In this document: one piece after another, positions 17,204-30,972 of the stretch | Layout: each line of letters opens with the position of its first letter | Position numbering within the stretch: position 1 is the stretch's first letter | Position numbers and translations under genes: made by a program | Assembly (NCBI GenBank): GCA_000004695.1 | Contig: CM000153.2 | Location: forward strand, 480,001 to 544,000 | DNA: 64,000 bases | Source of the DNA: Dictyostelium discoideum | Taxonomy: Eukaryota | Reading direction: 5' to 3' | The notes under the pieces: model-generated | Databases searched by the model: none | What the model was told of the DNA's origin: nothing | Seen by the model: only the letters and a program-made list of their open reading frames with translations

Positions 17204-18607
17204 ATGGAAGAAATAAAAAATGATTACACTTTTGTAGATGAATCAGATAAAAAAGATCAAAAAATAAATTTTAAAAACTTTAGAAAAAGAATTCAAGGTC
17301 AAACATTTATGAAAGATGATTTGGAATATGATAAGATTTGTAATGAAAGGTGGGATCTTAATTCAACGAATTCTCCAATAATTATTGTAAAAGCAATTAA
17401 TGAAAATGATGTTGAAGAAACTATTAAATTTGTTAGAGATAATAAAAAATTAAAATTAGTTATTAAGAATACAGGTCATAATAATATATCAGCAATTGAT
17501 GGCTGTGATGGTGTATCGTTAGATATTAGTTTAATGAAATCAATATCAGTTGACCAACAAAACCAAACTGTTACAGTTGGTGGTGGTTGCACATTTCATG
17601 ATATTGACCAAGTTACATCTCAATATGGTTTGGCAACTCCGTTAGGTCAAATTTCATCAGTTGGAGTTGGTGGATATAGCACAGGTGGTGGAATAGGTCA
17701 TTTAACAAAATTATATGGTTTATCAAGTGATAATTTATTAGAATGTAAAATTATTACATCAAATGGAGAATCAAAAGTTTGTAATAAACATACAAATTCA
17801 GATTTATTTTGGGTAGTTAGAGGTGCAGGTGGATTTATAGGTGTTATAGTTTCATTTACATTCAAATGTTACCTAATTTCAAATGTAGTTGTTGGATCAT
17901 TTGTTTATAATATTGATGAAACAAATAATAATGCAAAGAATGCATTGGTTGAAGTTGGTAAAAGACATTTAAATTCAACAGATCCATTAGTTTATGTTAT
18001 TAATATTAATGCTGGTTCACCTAACAATGTTTTAATAAAAGTTTTATATTTTTTAGATATTAATACTCCAAATTCATCAATGATTGGTGAATCATTAATT
18101 CAAGATTTCCAAAATTTGACAAAACCAACAACATCTTCAATTTCAATTATTTCATATACAAAATTGCAATGGGAATTTGATGGAATAATTTTACCAGGTA
18201 AATATTATCAAGAGGGACCATTATTAAAATCAACAATTACTTCTGAAGTTGCTGATTTACTTTTACAAGCAATATCAAATCGTAATCAACAAACATTTTC
18301 CTCAATTATCATTACTGAACTTGGAGGTATGGCTAACAAAGTTCATCAAAATGAAAGTGCATTCCCAATTAGAGATTCAACATTTAATATTTTCATCTCC
18401 TCTATAATCTTTACACCATCCTTAGAACAACCTCTAAAAGATTGGACAAAAAATACAATTCATCTCTTAAAGGATCATATTTCTGGTGAATACATTAATA
18501 CAAGTTATTCAACAGATATGAAATTAATTTTCAAAGAAAACTTTGAAAGATTAAAAAAATTAAAAAATCAGTATGATCCAAATAATATATTCCGTTCATT
18601 AAATTAA
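17204..18607 (+). CDS. FAD-linked oxidoreductase, berberine-bridge-enzyme (BBE)-like (467 aa)
   Basis: The FAD-binding PCMH-type region contains LVIKNTGHNNISAIDGCDGVSLDISLM and TVTVGGGCTFHDID. The C-terminal BBE motif is KLKNQYDPNNIFRSLN. It is a single exon. Confidence 0.8.
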   Translation: MEEIKNDYTFVDESDKKDQKINFKNFRKRIQGQTFMKDDLEYDKICNERWDLNSTNSPIIIVKAINENDVEETIKFVRDNKKLKLVIKNTGHNNISAIDGCDGVSLDISLMKSISVDQQNQTVTVGGGCTFHDIDQVTSQYGLATPLGQISSVGVGGYSTGGGIGHLTKLYGLSSDNLLECKIITSNGESKVCNKHTNSDLFWVVRGAGGFIGVIVSFTFKCYLISNVVVGSFVYNIDETNNNAKNALVEVGKRHLNSTDPLVYVININAGSPNNVLIKVLYFLDINTPNSSMIGESLIQDFQNLTKPTTSSISIISYTKLQWEFDGIILPGKYYQEGPLLKSTITSEVADLLLQAISNRNQQTFSSIIITELGGMANKVHQNESAFPIRDSTFNIFISSIIFTPSLEQPLKDWTKNTIHLLKDHISGEYINTSYSTDMKLIFKENFERLKKLKNQYDPNNIFRSLN

Positions 18608-18764
18608 AAATAAATAAATAAATAAATAAAAATAATAATAATTAATTTTTAAAAAATAATAAAGTTGTGATAAAAAAAAAAAAAAAAAAAAATATTATTA
18701 TTATAGTTATAATTAATTTTTTGAAAATTTTATTTATTAAATAATTTTTTAATACATTAAAAAA

Positions 18765-20435
18765 TTAAAGTACAAAAATAATTAAATTAATAACTAGAAT
18801 TGAAATAAAGAGCCAACCAATGGATAGTTTATTTGAAGAACTATTTTCATCCTTTTTAACTACCTTTGGTTCAACAAAATATTGAGCTTCACATGCTGAT
18901 AATTTAGTTTCATTACTACAACGTTCTGGTGTTCTTGGAATTGAAAGGTTTGGAGCTTCAACATCTGATAGGTTAATGGATGCAAAGTATTCTTCAGTAA
19001 GTGTACAATTCAATGTTGAATTTACTAAAGAGTATGCCTCGGAAAGAACTGGGGTATCTAAAAACAATTGAGTCATATTATTAATTAATAACATTAATTG
19101 ATCAATTTTGTTTTGAGTATCTTCACTAATTTTTACACTTGAATCATTCCAAAATTTAAACAATTCTATTCTAATTTGAACTGTATCTAATTTATTAATT
19201 TCAGAAGTAATATTAATAAATTGTTTTCTAGTTTCTTTGAAAAGTGTATAATTATGTTTTTCATTTAAAATAAATTCAAATCTCTTTGCAAATGGATATG
19301 ATCTTTGTTGTCTTGGATAACGTGTTTGAATTGATACACTTGATTTAAATTCACAATGGTATGGATCAATATCTTCAATTTCTTCAGTAAAACATTGACA
19401 GCCCTGTTCAACTGAAGAGGTCACAGCATTGTGAAGTTTCCAGAAAAAGGCGGCAATTGAACGTTTATCATCAGCTCTTACAGTTGAAAGTTTTGCAATT
19501 AAGTCACCACCTGTTCCTCCCATTAATAAATGTTCGATTGGGAAGAAACGAACTGCCTCACTAGAGTAACTATCACGGGCATATCTATCGTTTACTAATA
19601 CTTTTGAAATCATATGTTCTCTACAGAATGGACATGCATGATTTAATGGGAAATAGACCATGAAATTTTTAAACTTTTCAGTTAAACTTGTATAAACAGT
19701 TGTAGTACTATTACCACTACTTTCACATGACGAATCTGAAACTCTTTGAGCAATAATATGGAAAACGGCCCACAATGAACGACCAAGGTATGTTGGGAAG
19801 CCAACTCTCATTTGCTGAGTTTTTGTATAATCACCACCAGTATATTTATCAAGGAATGGAATATATAGACCAGCATCAAAATCTAATCTTCTATTAATGT
19901 TTTCTCTTTGCTTATAAATACTTGTCATATAAGTACCAATCATATACCAAATATCTTGTTTCATTTTATCATTATCAAAGTTTTCTAAAAGATCATCAGA
20001 TACAAATTCGTGGTCCTCTATTTTACTGCCATTAAAGCCACATGAGAAAGCATTCAAAGCGGTTGGTAAAAATACGGAATCCCACCAAGTTGCATTCACT
20101 GGATATGGATCAGGTTGAGCCAATTGATTTACAAATAAACTTCTTAAAGTTGCAACATTTGAATTACATTCAGGATCGAATTGAAGAGCAACATATAGAT
20201 CCAAATAGTTGATTACCATTCCTCTATATTCATTCCATTGGTATGGTCTTCCGCCTTTGATTTTATCATCTTCACACCATTCTCTATCTTTTTGAGCATT
20301 TCTATAGGCAGCAGCTGTAAGAAATTGAAAAGATGCTTTTTGAATCTCTTGTTTTTTTGAAATATCACCAGTATGGAATCCAAAAATTAATTCTACAAAT
20401 AAAATTGTTATAAATATAAATATTAATCTATTCAT
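18765..20435 (-). CDS. Secretory/membrane protein with an Erv1/ALR-type sulfhydryl oxidase domain (556 aa)
   Basis: The N-terminal signal peptide is MNRLIFIFITILFVELIFG. The Erv-like core contains LGRSLWAVFHIIAQR and a CxxC in YFPLNHACPFCREHM. A C-terminal transmembrane segment IGWLFISILVINLIIFVL follows, and no thioredoxin CGHC motif was seen. Confidence 0.5.
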   Translation of the reverse strand: MNRLIFIFITILFVELIFGFHTGDISKKQEIQKASFQFLTAAAYRNAQKDREWCEDDKIKGGRPYQWNEYRGMVINYLDLYVALQFDPECNSNVATLRSLFVNQLAQPDPYPVNATWWDSVFLPTALNAFSCGFNGSKIEDHEFVSDDLLENFDNDKMKQDIWYMIGTYMTSIYKQRENINRRLDFDAGLYIPFLDKYTGGDYTKTQQMRVGFPTYLGRSLWAVFHIIAQRVSDSSCESSGNSTTTVYTSLTEKFKNFMVYFPLNHACPFCREHMISKVLVNDRYARDSYSSEAVRFFPIEHLLMGGTGGDLIAKLSTVRADDKRSIAAFFWKLHNAVTSSVEQGCQCFTEEIEDIDPYHCEFKSSVSIQTRYPRQQRSYPFAKRFEFILNEKHNYTLFKETRKQFINITSEINKLDTVQIRIELFKFWNDSSVKISEDTQNKIDQLMLLINNMTQLFLDTPVLSEAYSLVNSTLNCTLTEEYFASINLSDVEAPNLSIPRTPERCSNETKLSACEAQYFVEPKVVKKDENSSSNKLSIGWLFISILVINLIIFVL

Positions 20436-20578
20436 TTTTTATATTTAATAATACTAACAATAAAAAAAAAAAAAAACAAAAAAAAAAAAAACAATTTAAA
20501 GTTTTTTTTAATGATGTTTTAAATAAATTATAATTTAAAAGTTATACCCTACCCCACCCACACACACAATCAAAAAGT

Positions 20579-20621
<43 letters not shown>

Positions 20622-21208
20622 ATATAATTTTATAAAAATAAAAAACCATTGTGGGTGTTATTTTTGCTGTCTTTGATTGAAAATTGATTTATACCACCAT
20701 TCAAATAAAAAAAAAAATTAGAACCTCAATGATTTATAAGAAAAAAAAAAAAAGACAGAAATAATAAAAATAATATTTAAAATAAAAATTAGAAAAAATA
20801 AATAATGTAAATTACCAACCACATCAAAAAAAAAAAATAATGTGGCAGATTTTTGAAATGAATTCATTCAACCTTTACTATTTTTTAAATACAGGAATAT
20901 TAAAAAAAAAAAAAAAAAAAAAAAATATATAATATAATAATCGCAAATCAGTTTTTTTTTTTTTAACCACTTCTAAAAATCCATTTTTAAATTAAACAAT
21001 CAAAAAAAAAAATCACAATCTTAAGATTTATTTTTTGTTTTTTTTTTGAATGAAAAAAAATCATTAAAACAGTTAAATTATCACTTTTTGAATTTATAAA
21101 TCGTTTGGTATGTTTATTATATTTTTATAGACTCATTAAAGTTGATAAAATAAAAAATTTTAATCATAGACCATTAAAGATTTAGAGGTAATTAATTTTA
21201 TAAAAAAT

Positions 21209-21240
<32 letters not shown>

Positions 21241-21257
21241 TTATTATTATTTATTTA

Positions 21258-24200
21258 TTAATTTAATCTTTCCATTTTAATTTTACCTAATTTCTTATTT
21301 TTAATTGTTTTTGATTTTAATTGTTTTTTAGAACAAATTGTGATACCACCTTTTTTATATTTTCTTACAACTAAAATGATGGTTAGAGAGATCAAAGCAA
21401 TAACAAAAATTACAACACCAGCTATGATTGCAGAGATTTGAGCTTTAGTGAGACCAAAGTTTGTACAAGTTGGATTAAGTTTTGAAGAAGCTGTGTTTAC
21501 TTCTAAAACCATAGTGAAATCTGGATCCAATTCTGCTTTTGTAGAGTAGTAGGGTACATTGATACCAATCAAAGAGTAACTTCTATAGGGTATATCGGTT
21601 GTTATTGGAGAGAGGAAAGAGTTTGTAGTTTTTGTTATTTTACTATTGATGAGTTGTCTTTTTAAGAAACGAGCATATAAAGCTTGACCATTGACTTGAA
21701 GTTTTAAATATTCCGAGCCTGTACTATCATCACCATACTCTTTACAAGAACAAACATCACTATGACTCGATGATTCAATAGAAGCTTCCATAATTAATTG
21801 TAGATAAGATTGATCATTCTTGAAGGAATATTTCGATAGACGGAAAGAGTATTTCAAAGAGGATGGATTCACTTTATAGGAGAGATCAGCAAAGGCTACA
21901 TTGAGGTCATTAATCTCCGATTGATCATAAAAACGTAAAGATGCTGTTAAATTTGTCAAGAAACCATTATCAGTAGCAAAGGTGGTTACATAACTAAAAT
22001 GATAGAGAGAGTTTGCATTACTTTTATTTGAGAATTTCCAACTTTTATCATTGAAACGATAAGATTTATAGACTGAACCGGTTTCATCGATTTCATTTAT
22101 ACCCACGACTGATATTAGAGAGGAGATACGATTACTAGTTTCCAATAGAATTGAGGGTTCCAATACATTGATATGGGGTGGATCCAATGCTATTGGAGTG
22201 GAAGTGCAATCGGCACCAGTATAACCTGCATTACATTTACAACCTACATCAGTATCACATTCACCTTTAATAATACCACCACAATCATTTGGACAAACGA
22301 ATGGATCACTATTATTGGTTTCATTTGGTATAAAAGGTGTTACCAAGAATTTATTACTTTCAATTCCATCAACGGTTACCTTTACAAAGAATTTAGAGCT
22401 AGTCGTATTGGTTGGATAAATGGTTAATAGTAAACCAGATTTAAATGTAACCTCTTGTTGAATGTAACCATTACCAAAATCAATTTCCACAAGTATTGAA
22501 TAATCCTCAGAGATTTGTGATTGAAGATTATGACCAAATATAGTTAGGGGAGTATTTGTAACTGGATTATAGGAGGCCTTTGAAATGATTGGTATTGCAC
22601 TATAGGTGGTTTGAATGAATGAAAAGGTTTTATTCAATTGATAAGCTGACCAACCCGCTATATTAAACATATTATCAGATACACCATAAACCGATAACAT
22701 TAAACCATCGGGTATACCAAAACCAAATGGTACCTCAATCTCTACGTAATAATAGGCTGTATGAATTGTTGAATTTGAATTTTGTAAACATTTGAAATCA
22801 TATTTCTCACCTCTTGAATTCTCTAAATAAACGATTGGTATATGATTTGAAGAAATACCAGATTGTGCATCTTCAATTCTGAATGAAACTAGCAATGTTC
22901 TATTCAATGAACCAACATCGATTGAAGTTTTAATTGAAGTTGTGAAACCATAAAGTAGTGGTGGAGTTACATCTAAAATCTTTTCGGTTGGACATTGAAT
23001 TCTAATGGAATATTTCATTTCAATCTCTGTTAAATTTGAACCTAACCAAGAGAATGGATTAATATAATCGGTTAAATCATTTAGTGTGGTACTATATTGT
23101 CCATCCATTCCCAACAATGATAGTGATGAAATTCTATAGGTATGTGATCTGCACCAAACTGAGCTACTCTTTGGAATTGAGAATTTAAATGTTGGAGTGG
23201 TGGGATTTGATAGTTGTTCCTCTGCATTAGCCAATGTGAAAAATGTAGAATAACCAACCAAATCAAATTCACTTGTAAATGTGATATTACCCGATTGGAA
23301 ACCACTTGTATCAAGTATTTGAATCTCCCATGCTATGGTGGTACCATCATCATTTTGATTTGGATACTTTATGCCATTCTCTGGAGTTCTTTTGATTTGT
23401 TTAACAATTGGTGGCATCGTATCATATTTAAGTTGTCTAATTGATTTGAAAACCGCTGCTTTATAACCCAACAATGAAGTCAATGAAGAAGTATCATACA
23501 CTTTACCAGATGAAATGATTTGATATTGAATGGCTTGATTCGATAGATAAGATGGTAAATAGAAATCAACTACATAACCTCTATATTGTGAACTCCATTT
23601 CATTAGTAAATAATTTGATGGTGATTTTAAAAATTTAGATGCTGAATTACTATTATAAAAGAATTGAAAACCAGGTGTAAATGATAAATCATTCAATGAA
23701 GGATTCTTTCCATTTAATGAATTTGAATATTTTAATACTACTGTATAAATATATCCATCACTATTACTTGATTCATCAAGTTTATCATTATTACTATCTT
23801 CATTATCTTCATTATTATTATTATCATCACTATCACTATTATTAATATTACTATTATTATTATTATTATTTGTTCCATTTGAACTTAATATAAAATCAAT
23901 TGCATAAATTGAACCAGGTTCAACTATTGGCCAATTTGTTTGATAAGGTACAATTTTTTGATTACCAACATTATCAATCAATATAATCTCATGATAATTT
24001 GGAAAGTTGAAATAATTTAAATACTTTTCAAAAGAACCATTAAAAACTGTACCTTTAACTAAATCTGAAGAGGTAAAAGTGACTTGACCAACTTTAATAA
24101 TACCAACACCTGATAAATTATCACATGCATCAATGTGTAAGATTGCATTCATATAATCCAATGTTTTAATTGACACTGCTAATAATGATGGTGGTTTTTC

Positions 24201-24748
24201 ATCGACATATCTATATTCATTTGAATATTGACGAATACTACTACTGGTGGTACCATTTCCAGGTATATAAGCCAAACCAGTTAAACTTGAGTCAATAATT
24301 TTAATAGGTTTCGTTAGATTGGATTGCATTGAAATTAATGGTACAGTTTCATCAACCATATATACTATGAATAATGAATCATTATGTGTATAATGTGGTA
24401 ATAATTTTGTAATTGAATGATTGAAATCATTTGGATTGTATGGATTTCTATAAACCATACCATAAGGATATTGATTGATTACAAAATCAAATGGTTGTAA
24501 TTGTACTTTTAACAATTGTCTATGATAATCCAATCTAAAGTTTATCATAAATAATTGTGCTGAACTATTATAAATTTCAGTTTGATAACCAACAGCTTTT
24601 CTTTGAGTAGTGATTTGAGGTAAACGAGAAACATTTTCAATTAAAATTTGTTTTGATCTATAATCTAAAAATTTTGATATTGTTGATGTATAATTTGTTT
24701 GAGTATTACCACCACTATTATCATCATCGCTACTATTACTAATATCAT

Positions 24749-24822
<74 letters not shown>

Positions 24823-27721
24823 TTATTATTATTACTACTGCTACTACTATTATTACTACTACTACTACTACCGTTATTACCACTTGAACTATCTGTTGGT
24901 AAAGTTTCATTTTGAGAACTGTTGTTGCTACTGCTACTGGTGGTGGTATTATTACCACTTGAACTATCTGTTGGTAAAGTTCCATTTTGAGAACTATCAT
25001 TATTAATAGTACTATCAGTGCTATTACTACTGCTACTACTATTACTATGATTAATGCCATCTATTGGTGTTGTTGTTGTTGTTGTTGTTGTATTACCATT
25101 ATCAGTACTATTAGTTATAATTGTACTATTTTCAGTTAATAATAATTTTGTAGATGGTAATGATAATAATGATGGTGGTGGAGCAGATAAAGGTGAAGGA
25201 TTTAAAGTTGTTTGAGGAATAGGTATAGATTCAAAAGAGAAATTAAAAGTATATAATTGTACATCAAACAAATCACTAAGATTATATTGCACATATTTTG
25301 AAGGATTTACATAACCATAATAACAAACTCTATTCTCATCACCATATAGGATATGTAATGTATTTGAATCCACACCATTGTATTTCATTCTTGGTGTTGC
25401 AAAATCATCTCTTAAATAATTGAAACGATTATTATTATTTTTGTTATTATTATCATCAATTGAAGTATCTGTAAGTTCAAATTCAAATTGTGAATATCTT
25501 GTACTATTTGTTAATGACACATTCTTACCATCATAAACCACTGTACCTTGATATGAAGTTAATTTAAATGTGAAATTAGTTGATTGTGATGAAACGAAAG
25601 GATTGATTAAATTAAAATATTGGTTTGGAATATAGGTATTGGATGGATATGAAACTTCCAATGTTATAGTTGGTAATCTTGATCCAAAATAAGTATAATT
25701 TTGATAACTATTACTACTTCCATTAACAACTGTATTTACAACAGATGGTGAAATCAATTTAAATATTACAATAGTTTGAATGGTTGTATAAGCACTACTA
25801 TTACTATTATTATTATTAAATGAAGAAGATTTATAATCTCTATAAGCTACAAACTTTGCATCATTTGATAAGAATTTAAATTTCTTTTCAATTGAGTAAA
25901 TTGGTGAAACTGTCTCTAAAACCATTGAATAATAAGCACCTTGAAGTTCTCTACCTGGTTGATCATATTCAAAACTACTTGATGTAAAAATATTATTTTG
26001 GAAGGAAGAAGAAGAAGAGGAGAAGGAAGAAGAATAAAAAGAAGAAGAAACACCTCTTTGATAAAATGATATAGCATCATATTCATATAATGGGTAATAT
26101 TGTTTATATGGATATAGTACACTAAATCTTGGTGATAGATAAAGTTTTTCAGGTGCAACTGAGCAAACAACCGATGGTATTGATGTTGAAAAATATCTAT
26201 CATTATATTGAACAATCAATAATCCTCCAATTGGTATTCTAGTACCATTTGGAAATGTATCATTACTATTTGGTATCCAATATTTAATAAATAAATTTGG
26301 TTTTGAATTTATATATTCAATTTGAACATTTGTTGAAAAATTTGCTAAATTAAATGTATAACTATCATTTTTTAATATATAATGTATTAAAAATTCACAA
26401 CCACCATTTAATTTTGAACTATTTGAATAAGTTTGATTTAAAATTGTATCTATTAAATAAAATAAAAAAATAAAAAAAATTAATAAATCAATAAATTAAC
26501 ATATTAAATAATAATAATATAATAATAATAATATAAATAATTACAATTAAATGGAAAATTTAAAAGAGGTGGTTCAGTTGAATTTGAAGAATCAGTATTA
26601 TTTATAAATGATGGACAACTTGTAACTTTAATTAAATCGAAATCAGTTCTACCGTTTAAGCATTGTAACTCCATTGAAATTGAATTTGTAAGGTTTCCAC
26701 AACCTTCACTACCAAAAAGATAAACGATTTGATTTTTATTTGATTGACCTTTTGAGTGAATTAATATTGATTTATATTGACATTGCATTGGAAATTCAAA
26801 TTGACATTTTGTATTATTGTTATTATTTTGTTGTAATATTCCTGTTGCTGTTGGAGTTGGGGTTGTTATTGTTGTTGTTTTAGTTGTTGATGATGATGAT
26901 GACGATGATGATGACGATGATGACGATGTGGATGTAGGTATTGATAAACTAATATTTATACATTGATTTATAGGTACATATATAGTTTGGCATAAACATT
27001 TTAAATAAACGCTAAATGTATTATTTTGTGGTGGAACTGTTGGTGTTGGTGTTGTTGTTATATTTGGTGTTAAAATTGGTGTTGTTGTTATATTTGGTGT
27101 TAAAGTTGGTGTATCTGTGGGATTATTACTATTGTCATCTATTTTCGGGCATTCAACTTTAAAATATTGAAAATTAATTGTGTTGTTTTTATTACTATTA
27201 TTTTTATTATTGCCATTGCTACTACTATTATTATTTTTATCATTACTTAAACATTCGAGTGTCTCATTTTTAAAGAAATCTGTACAATTATAATTTGAAA
27301 AACTCCTTATTGTGGTAAAGGTGCCTTGTGCTGTCTCATTATTTATTATGTTACTAAAAGGTATAAAAATGGATATAAATGGACATTCATCATCGCTGCT
27401 ATTATTATTATTACTACTATTATTATTATGCTTGGATATATGGTTATTTATTAAATTTGTACACTGACCCTCTGGAATCGTCATTAATTCCGTATAATTA
27501 CATTTGTTTTGAAAAATAAATTTATATACATTGATTTTATTACCACTACTACTACTACTACTATTAGTTCCATTACTATTACTGCTATTATTATTATTAT
27601 TAATATTATTATTATTACTATCTGTAGATGCTTTAACAAATATTGATGTTGAAAACACAAAAGATAATATTAGAAAAATATAAAATAAAAAGAATCCTCT
27701 TCTTTTATTTAATATTATCAT
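21258..27721 (-). CDS. Large mucin-like type-I membrane glycoprotein with an EGF-like domain: exons 26545..27721 and 21258..26449 (about 2122 aa)
   Basis: The first exon encodes the signal peptide MIILNKRRGFFLFYIFLILSFVFS and is followed by a phase-1 intron 26450..26544 (GTAATT donor, TTTAATAG acceptor). The ectodomain has Ser/Thr/Asn-rich tracts, including a poly-Ser run encoded by an (AGT)n microsatellite. An EGF-like module CPNDCGGIIKGECDTDVGCKCNAGYTGADCTS is followed by the transmembrane segment AIIAGVVIFVIALISLTIILVV and a basic tail. The total is 6369 nt, which is 2123 codons. Confidence 0.65.
24751..24822 (-). repeat. (ACT)n on the plus strand, equal to (AGT)n on the sense strand, about 24 units, encoding a poly-Ser tract inside the large glycoprotein gene
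   Basis: There is a perfect trinucleotide run actactact... between about 24751 and 24822. Confidence 0.9.
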
Positions 27722-28178
27722 TTTCTATTATTCTCTACCATATATCTATGTTATATATATAATATATATGTATCTCTATTTAAATAATTATATATTGTAT
27801 TTATGTATATTTTTTAATATTGTTATTATTATTATTATTATTATTATTTAATATTAGTTAATAATTTTGTGTATTTTGAATTTTGTATTTTGAATTTTGT
27901 ATTTTTTTTTTTTTTTGTATATAGTTATTTTTATGTATAAAAAGTAAATAAACAATAAATTAATAAATAAATAAATAAATAAATAAATTTGGGTTTTTTT
28001 TTTTTATTATAATTTTCTTTTATTTTAATGTGTGTTGATTATTATTTTAATAATAAATTATTTTTATTTGTTTTTTTTTTTTTGTTTTTTTTTTATGATT
28101 TAAAGTAATATTTGTGTGGGCAGAGGATGTGGTGGATGAGAAAAAAAAAATAAAAAAATAAAAAAATAAAAAAAATAA

Positions 28179-28223
<45 letters not shown>

Positions 28224-28343
28224 TTTTTTTTTTTTTTTTTTTTTTTTTGGCAAAATTCAGATTTTTTGAATCTTATTTACACTTTATTATAAGCGTGATA
28301 TTTTACGTATTAAAATAAATGGGTTATAATTTTTCGCTATTTT

Positions 28344-28377
<34 letters not shown>

Positions 28378-28619
28378 GACAAATTATTTTTGCCGATTAA
28401 ACATTTACCACCTCTTAAAAAAGAATAAGTGGGTGAACTTTCAATTTTTTTATTTTTTTTTATCCAAAATTTTGAAGGCATTGTTTTTATTTTTTTTATT
28501 TTTATTTTTTTTTTTTTTTTTGATTATTATTATTTTCATCTAATCAATTAGTTTTTATTTTTATTTTTTTTATTTATTTTAATTAATTGTAGTCGGTCAA
28601 TCTGGCTTTATTAAATTGA

Positions 28620-30972
28620 TTAATAACCATATCCACCATAAAAACCTTGATGTTGTTGTTGGTGATGTTGTTGTTGTTGTTGTATGTGTTGTTGATGGTG
28701 ATGTTGTTGTTGTTGATGGTGATGTTGTGGTTGAGCTTGTTGTTGCTGATAAATATAACTATTATTTTGAATTACACCATTATTATTTGAAGTTGGTGGT
28801 ACAGAATAAGCAACTCTTTTATTTAGTGGACCATCATTATTACCATTATTAATAATACCATTTGTTGTTGATGATGATGATGACGATGATGATTGTAAAT
28901 TCATATCGGTTAGTGATCTTTTCTTTGATTCTGGTTTACCATCAGGATATAAACTTTCAAATTTATTCTTTAACTCTTTATAACCTTTAATATCATTATC
29001 ATATTGTAAATTAAATTCTAAATAGTCATTCCAAATATTCAATTTTTCATCATCATTTAATTTACAAACTAAAATTTCATTTCCATCCTTTTCTTCATCA
29101 TCTTTTTCTTCATCATCTTTTTCTTTTTCTTTTTCTTCATTATTAGTATTTTCTTTATTTTCTTCTTTATTTTCTTCTTTATTTTCTTTACCATTATTTT
29201 TAATTTTATTTTTATCTAAACATAATGCAATATTATAAACTTTTTTAATTCTTTCAATTTGTTCAATTCTTTTTTCACTACTACCACTGCCACTTATAAT
29301 AAATAATAAATTATTAATTTCAAAATTTATAAAATATAACCATAATAATTTTGAATCTGGATAAAGTGAAATTGATTTCTTTAAAACCTCTCTTGATGTT
29401 TCAAAAACGTCAACAATTTTATCAGCTTCCTCTTCACCTTCTTTTTCACCTTGTAATGATTGTTTATTTGATAATAAAAATGAAATATAATTTATAGATA
29501 AGAAAGGATAAGTCTTGGAATCAGATTGTAAACTTGTTAGAACCTTTTTAAAGAATTGATTTGCTTGTTGAATTGAATGATTTCTACGTTTAAATGAAAC
29601 CAATCTTAAAATCACCTCTAAATGAGTTGGTAATAATGAATGTATATTCTCCAAAATTGAAAATGCCTTTTCAATATTACCCAATGTTGACTCTACGAAT
29701 AATGAATACTCCAAATGAATATCAGCTCTCTTTTTTAAGAATATCTTTGTCGCTCTCTCAAATATTGATTCAATTAATTCATTCTTATTATCTCCAACAT
29801 AACTTTCTTGTAAAAATTTAATATATTTTAACCAAAATTCTGAATAATAACACTTTTTTAAAAAAAATAAAAAATAAATAAATTAATATGATTAATAATA
29901 ATAATAATAAATAAATAATAATATACTTACACATGGTACTAAACATCTTTCAAAAAGTTTAATAACTTCCTCTTGAGTTACAGATGGATCAGATTCCATA
30001 TAATTGAAATATGATCTCCATACTGATAATGTCATTTCATCAATTGGTTGAATATGAAAGAAGAATCTTTTATTTACCTAGATAATATTTTTTTAAAAAT
30101 AAAATCAAAAATTAGTTTGTGTTGTGTTTATTATTATTATTATTATTTTTTTTTTTTTTTTAAAACTTACAATTGATTCAAAATTTGATCTTTTTGAAAT
30201 TTTTTCTAAAGTTTCATGATACCATTTCTCTCTATTTTGTAAGACCATTTGTTTAGTTTCAGCATCATAACCAGTGTATTCTTTTCTTTCTTCTTCTGTT
30301 AACATATCATTAATTTTAATTCTATCGATATTATCTTTAAATTTTTCATTAAAAATTTGTAAATTCTCTAATGGTGTCTTTAAAATACTATTAAATATTG
30401 ATGCTAATTCATTATTCTCTTGTCCCATTTCAAATTCAATATATTTTTCCCAAAATTTACCACTTTGATAATCTGTACCAATAATATTAATGCCTCTTTT
30501 AAATACACTATATATAAAATAAAGCAAATTAAATCATTATTAGTTACTTTTATTTTATTATTTTTTAAAAAAAAAAAATATATATTTACCTTCTAATTTC
30601 ATCAACTGGATAAGATTTATCAATTAAATGAGTACAATAATTTAACCAAATATCAACACTATGTGGAATTGATGATACTGCTTTTTCAAATATTTCAATT
30701 GATTGAGTTGTATTATTATGAGCATACTCATGATCTGCAAATCTTTTCCAATATAAAAAACATAATGGAAATTCATTTAAAAATTCACTATACACTTTTC
30801 TAATCTTTTCAATATCATTAGTTTTCTCTATTACACCAATTAAAAATGTCCATTGATTAAATGCCAATGGATTAGTTTGAACAATTTTCCAAAGTTTATC
30901 TTCTTCACTTAAATTTTGTGGTGAAGTTGTTGGTGTTGATGTTGTTGGTGGAGTTGTTGTTACTTCAGTCAT
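28620..30972 (-). CDS. prp39: Pre-mRNA-processing factor 39 (PRP39, HAT-repeat U1 snRNP protein), 4 exons: 30590..30972, 30171..30507, 29931..30077, 28620..29852 (699 aa)
   Basis: Several HAT repeats align with PRPF39. LWKIVQTNPLAFNQWTFLIGVIE...FPLCFLYWKRFADHE...IPHSVDIWLNYCTHLID corresponds to the human YWKTVQENPEDFTGW...YPYCYGYWKKYADLE...IPLSVDLWIHYINFL. Further HAT-like matches are GKFWEKYIEFE and CYYSEFWLKYIKFLQE, and the C-terminal tail is rich in Q, H, Y and G. The introns are 30508..30589 (GTAAAT), 30078..30170 (GTAAGT) and 29853..29930 (GTAAGT). The total is 2100 nt. Confidence 0.85.

Noticed and set aside
22173-25060. Short ORFs on both strands inside 21258-26219 (22173.., 23081.., 23214.., 24665.., 24699..)
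   Set aside because: They are nested alternate frames of the large glycoprotein gene, and several are translations of the (ACT)n repeat.
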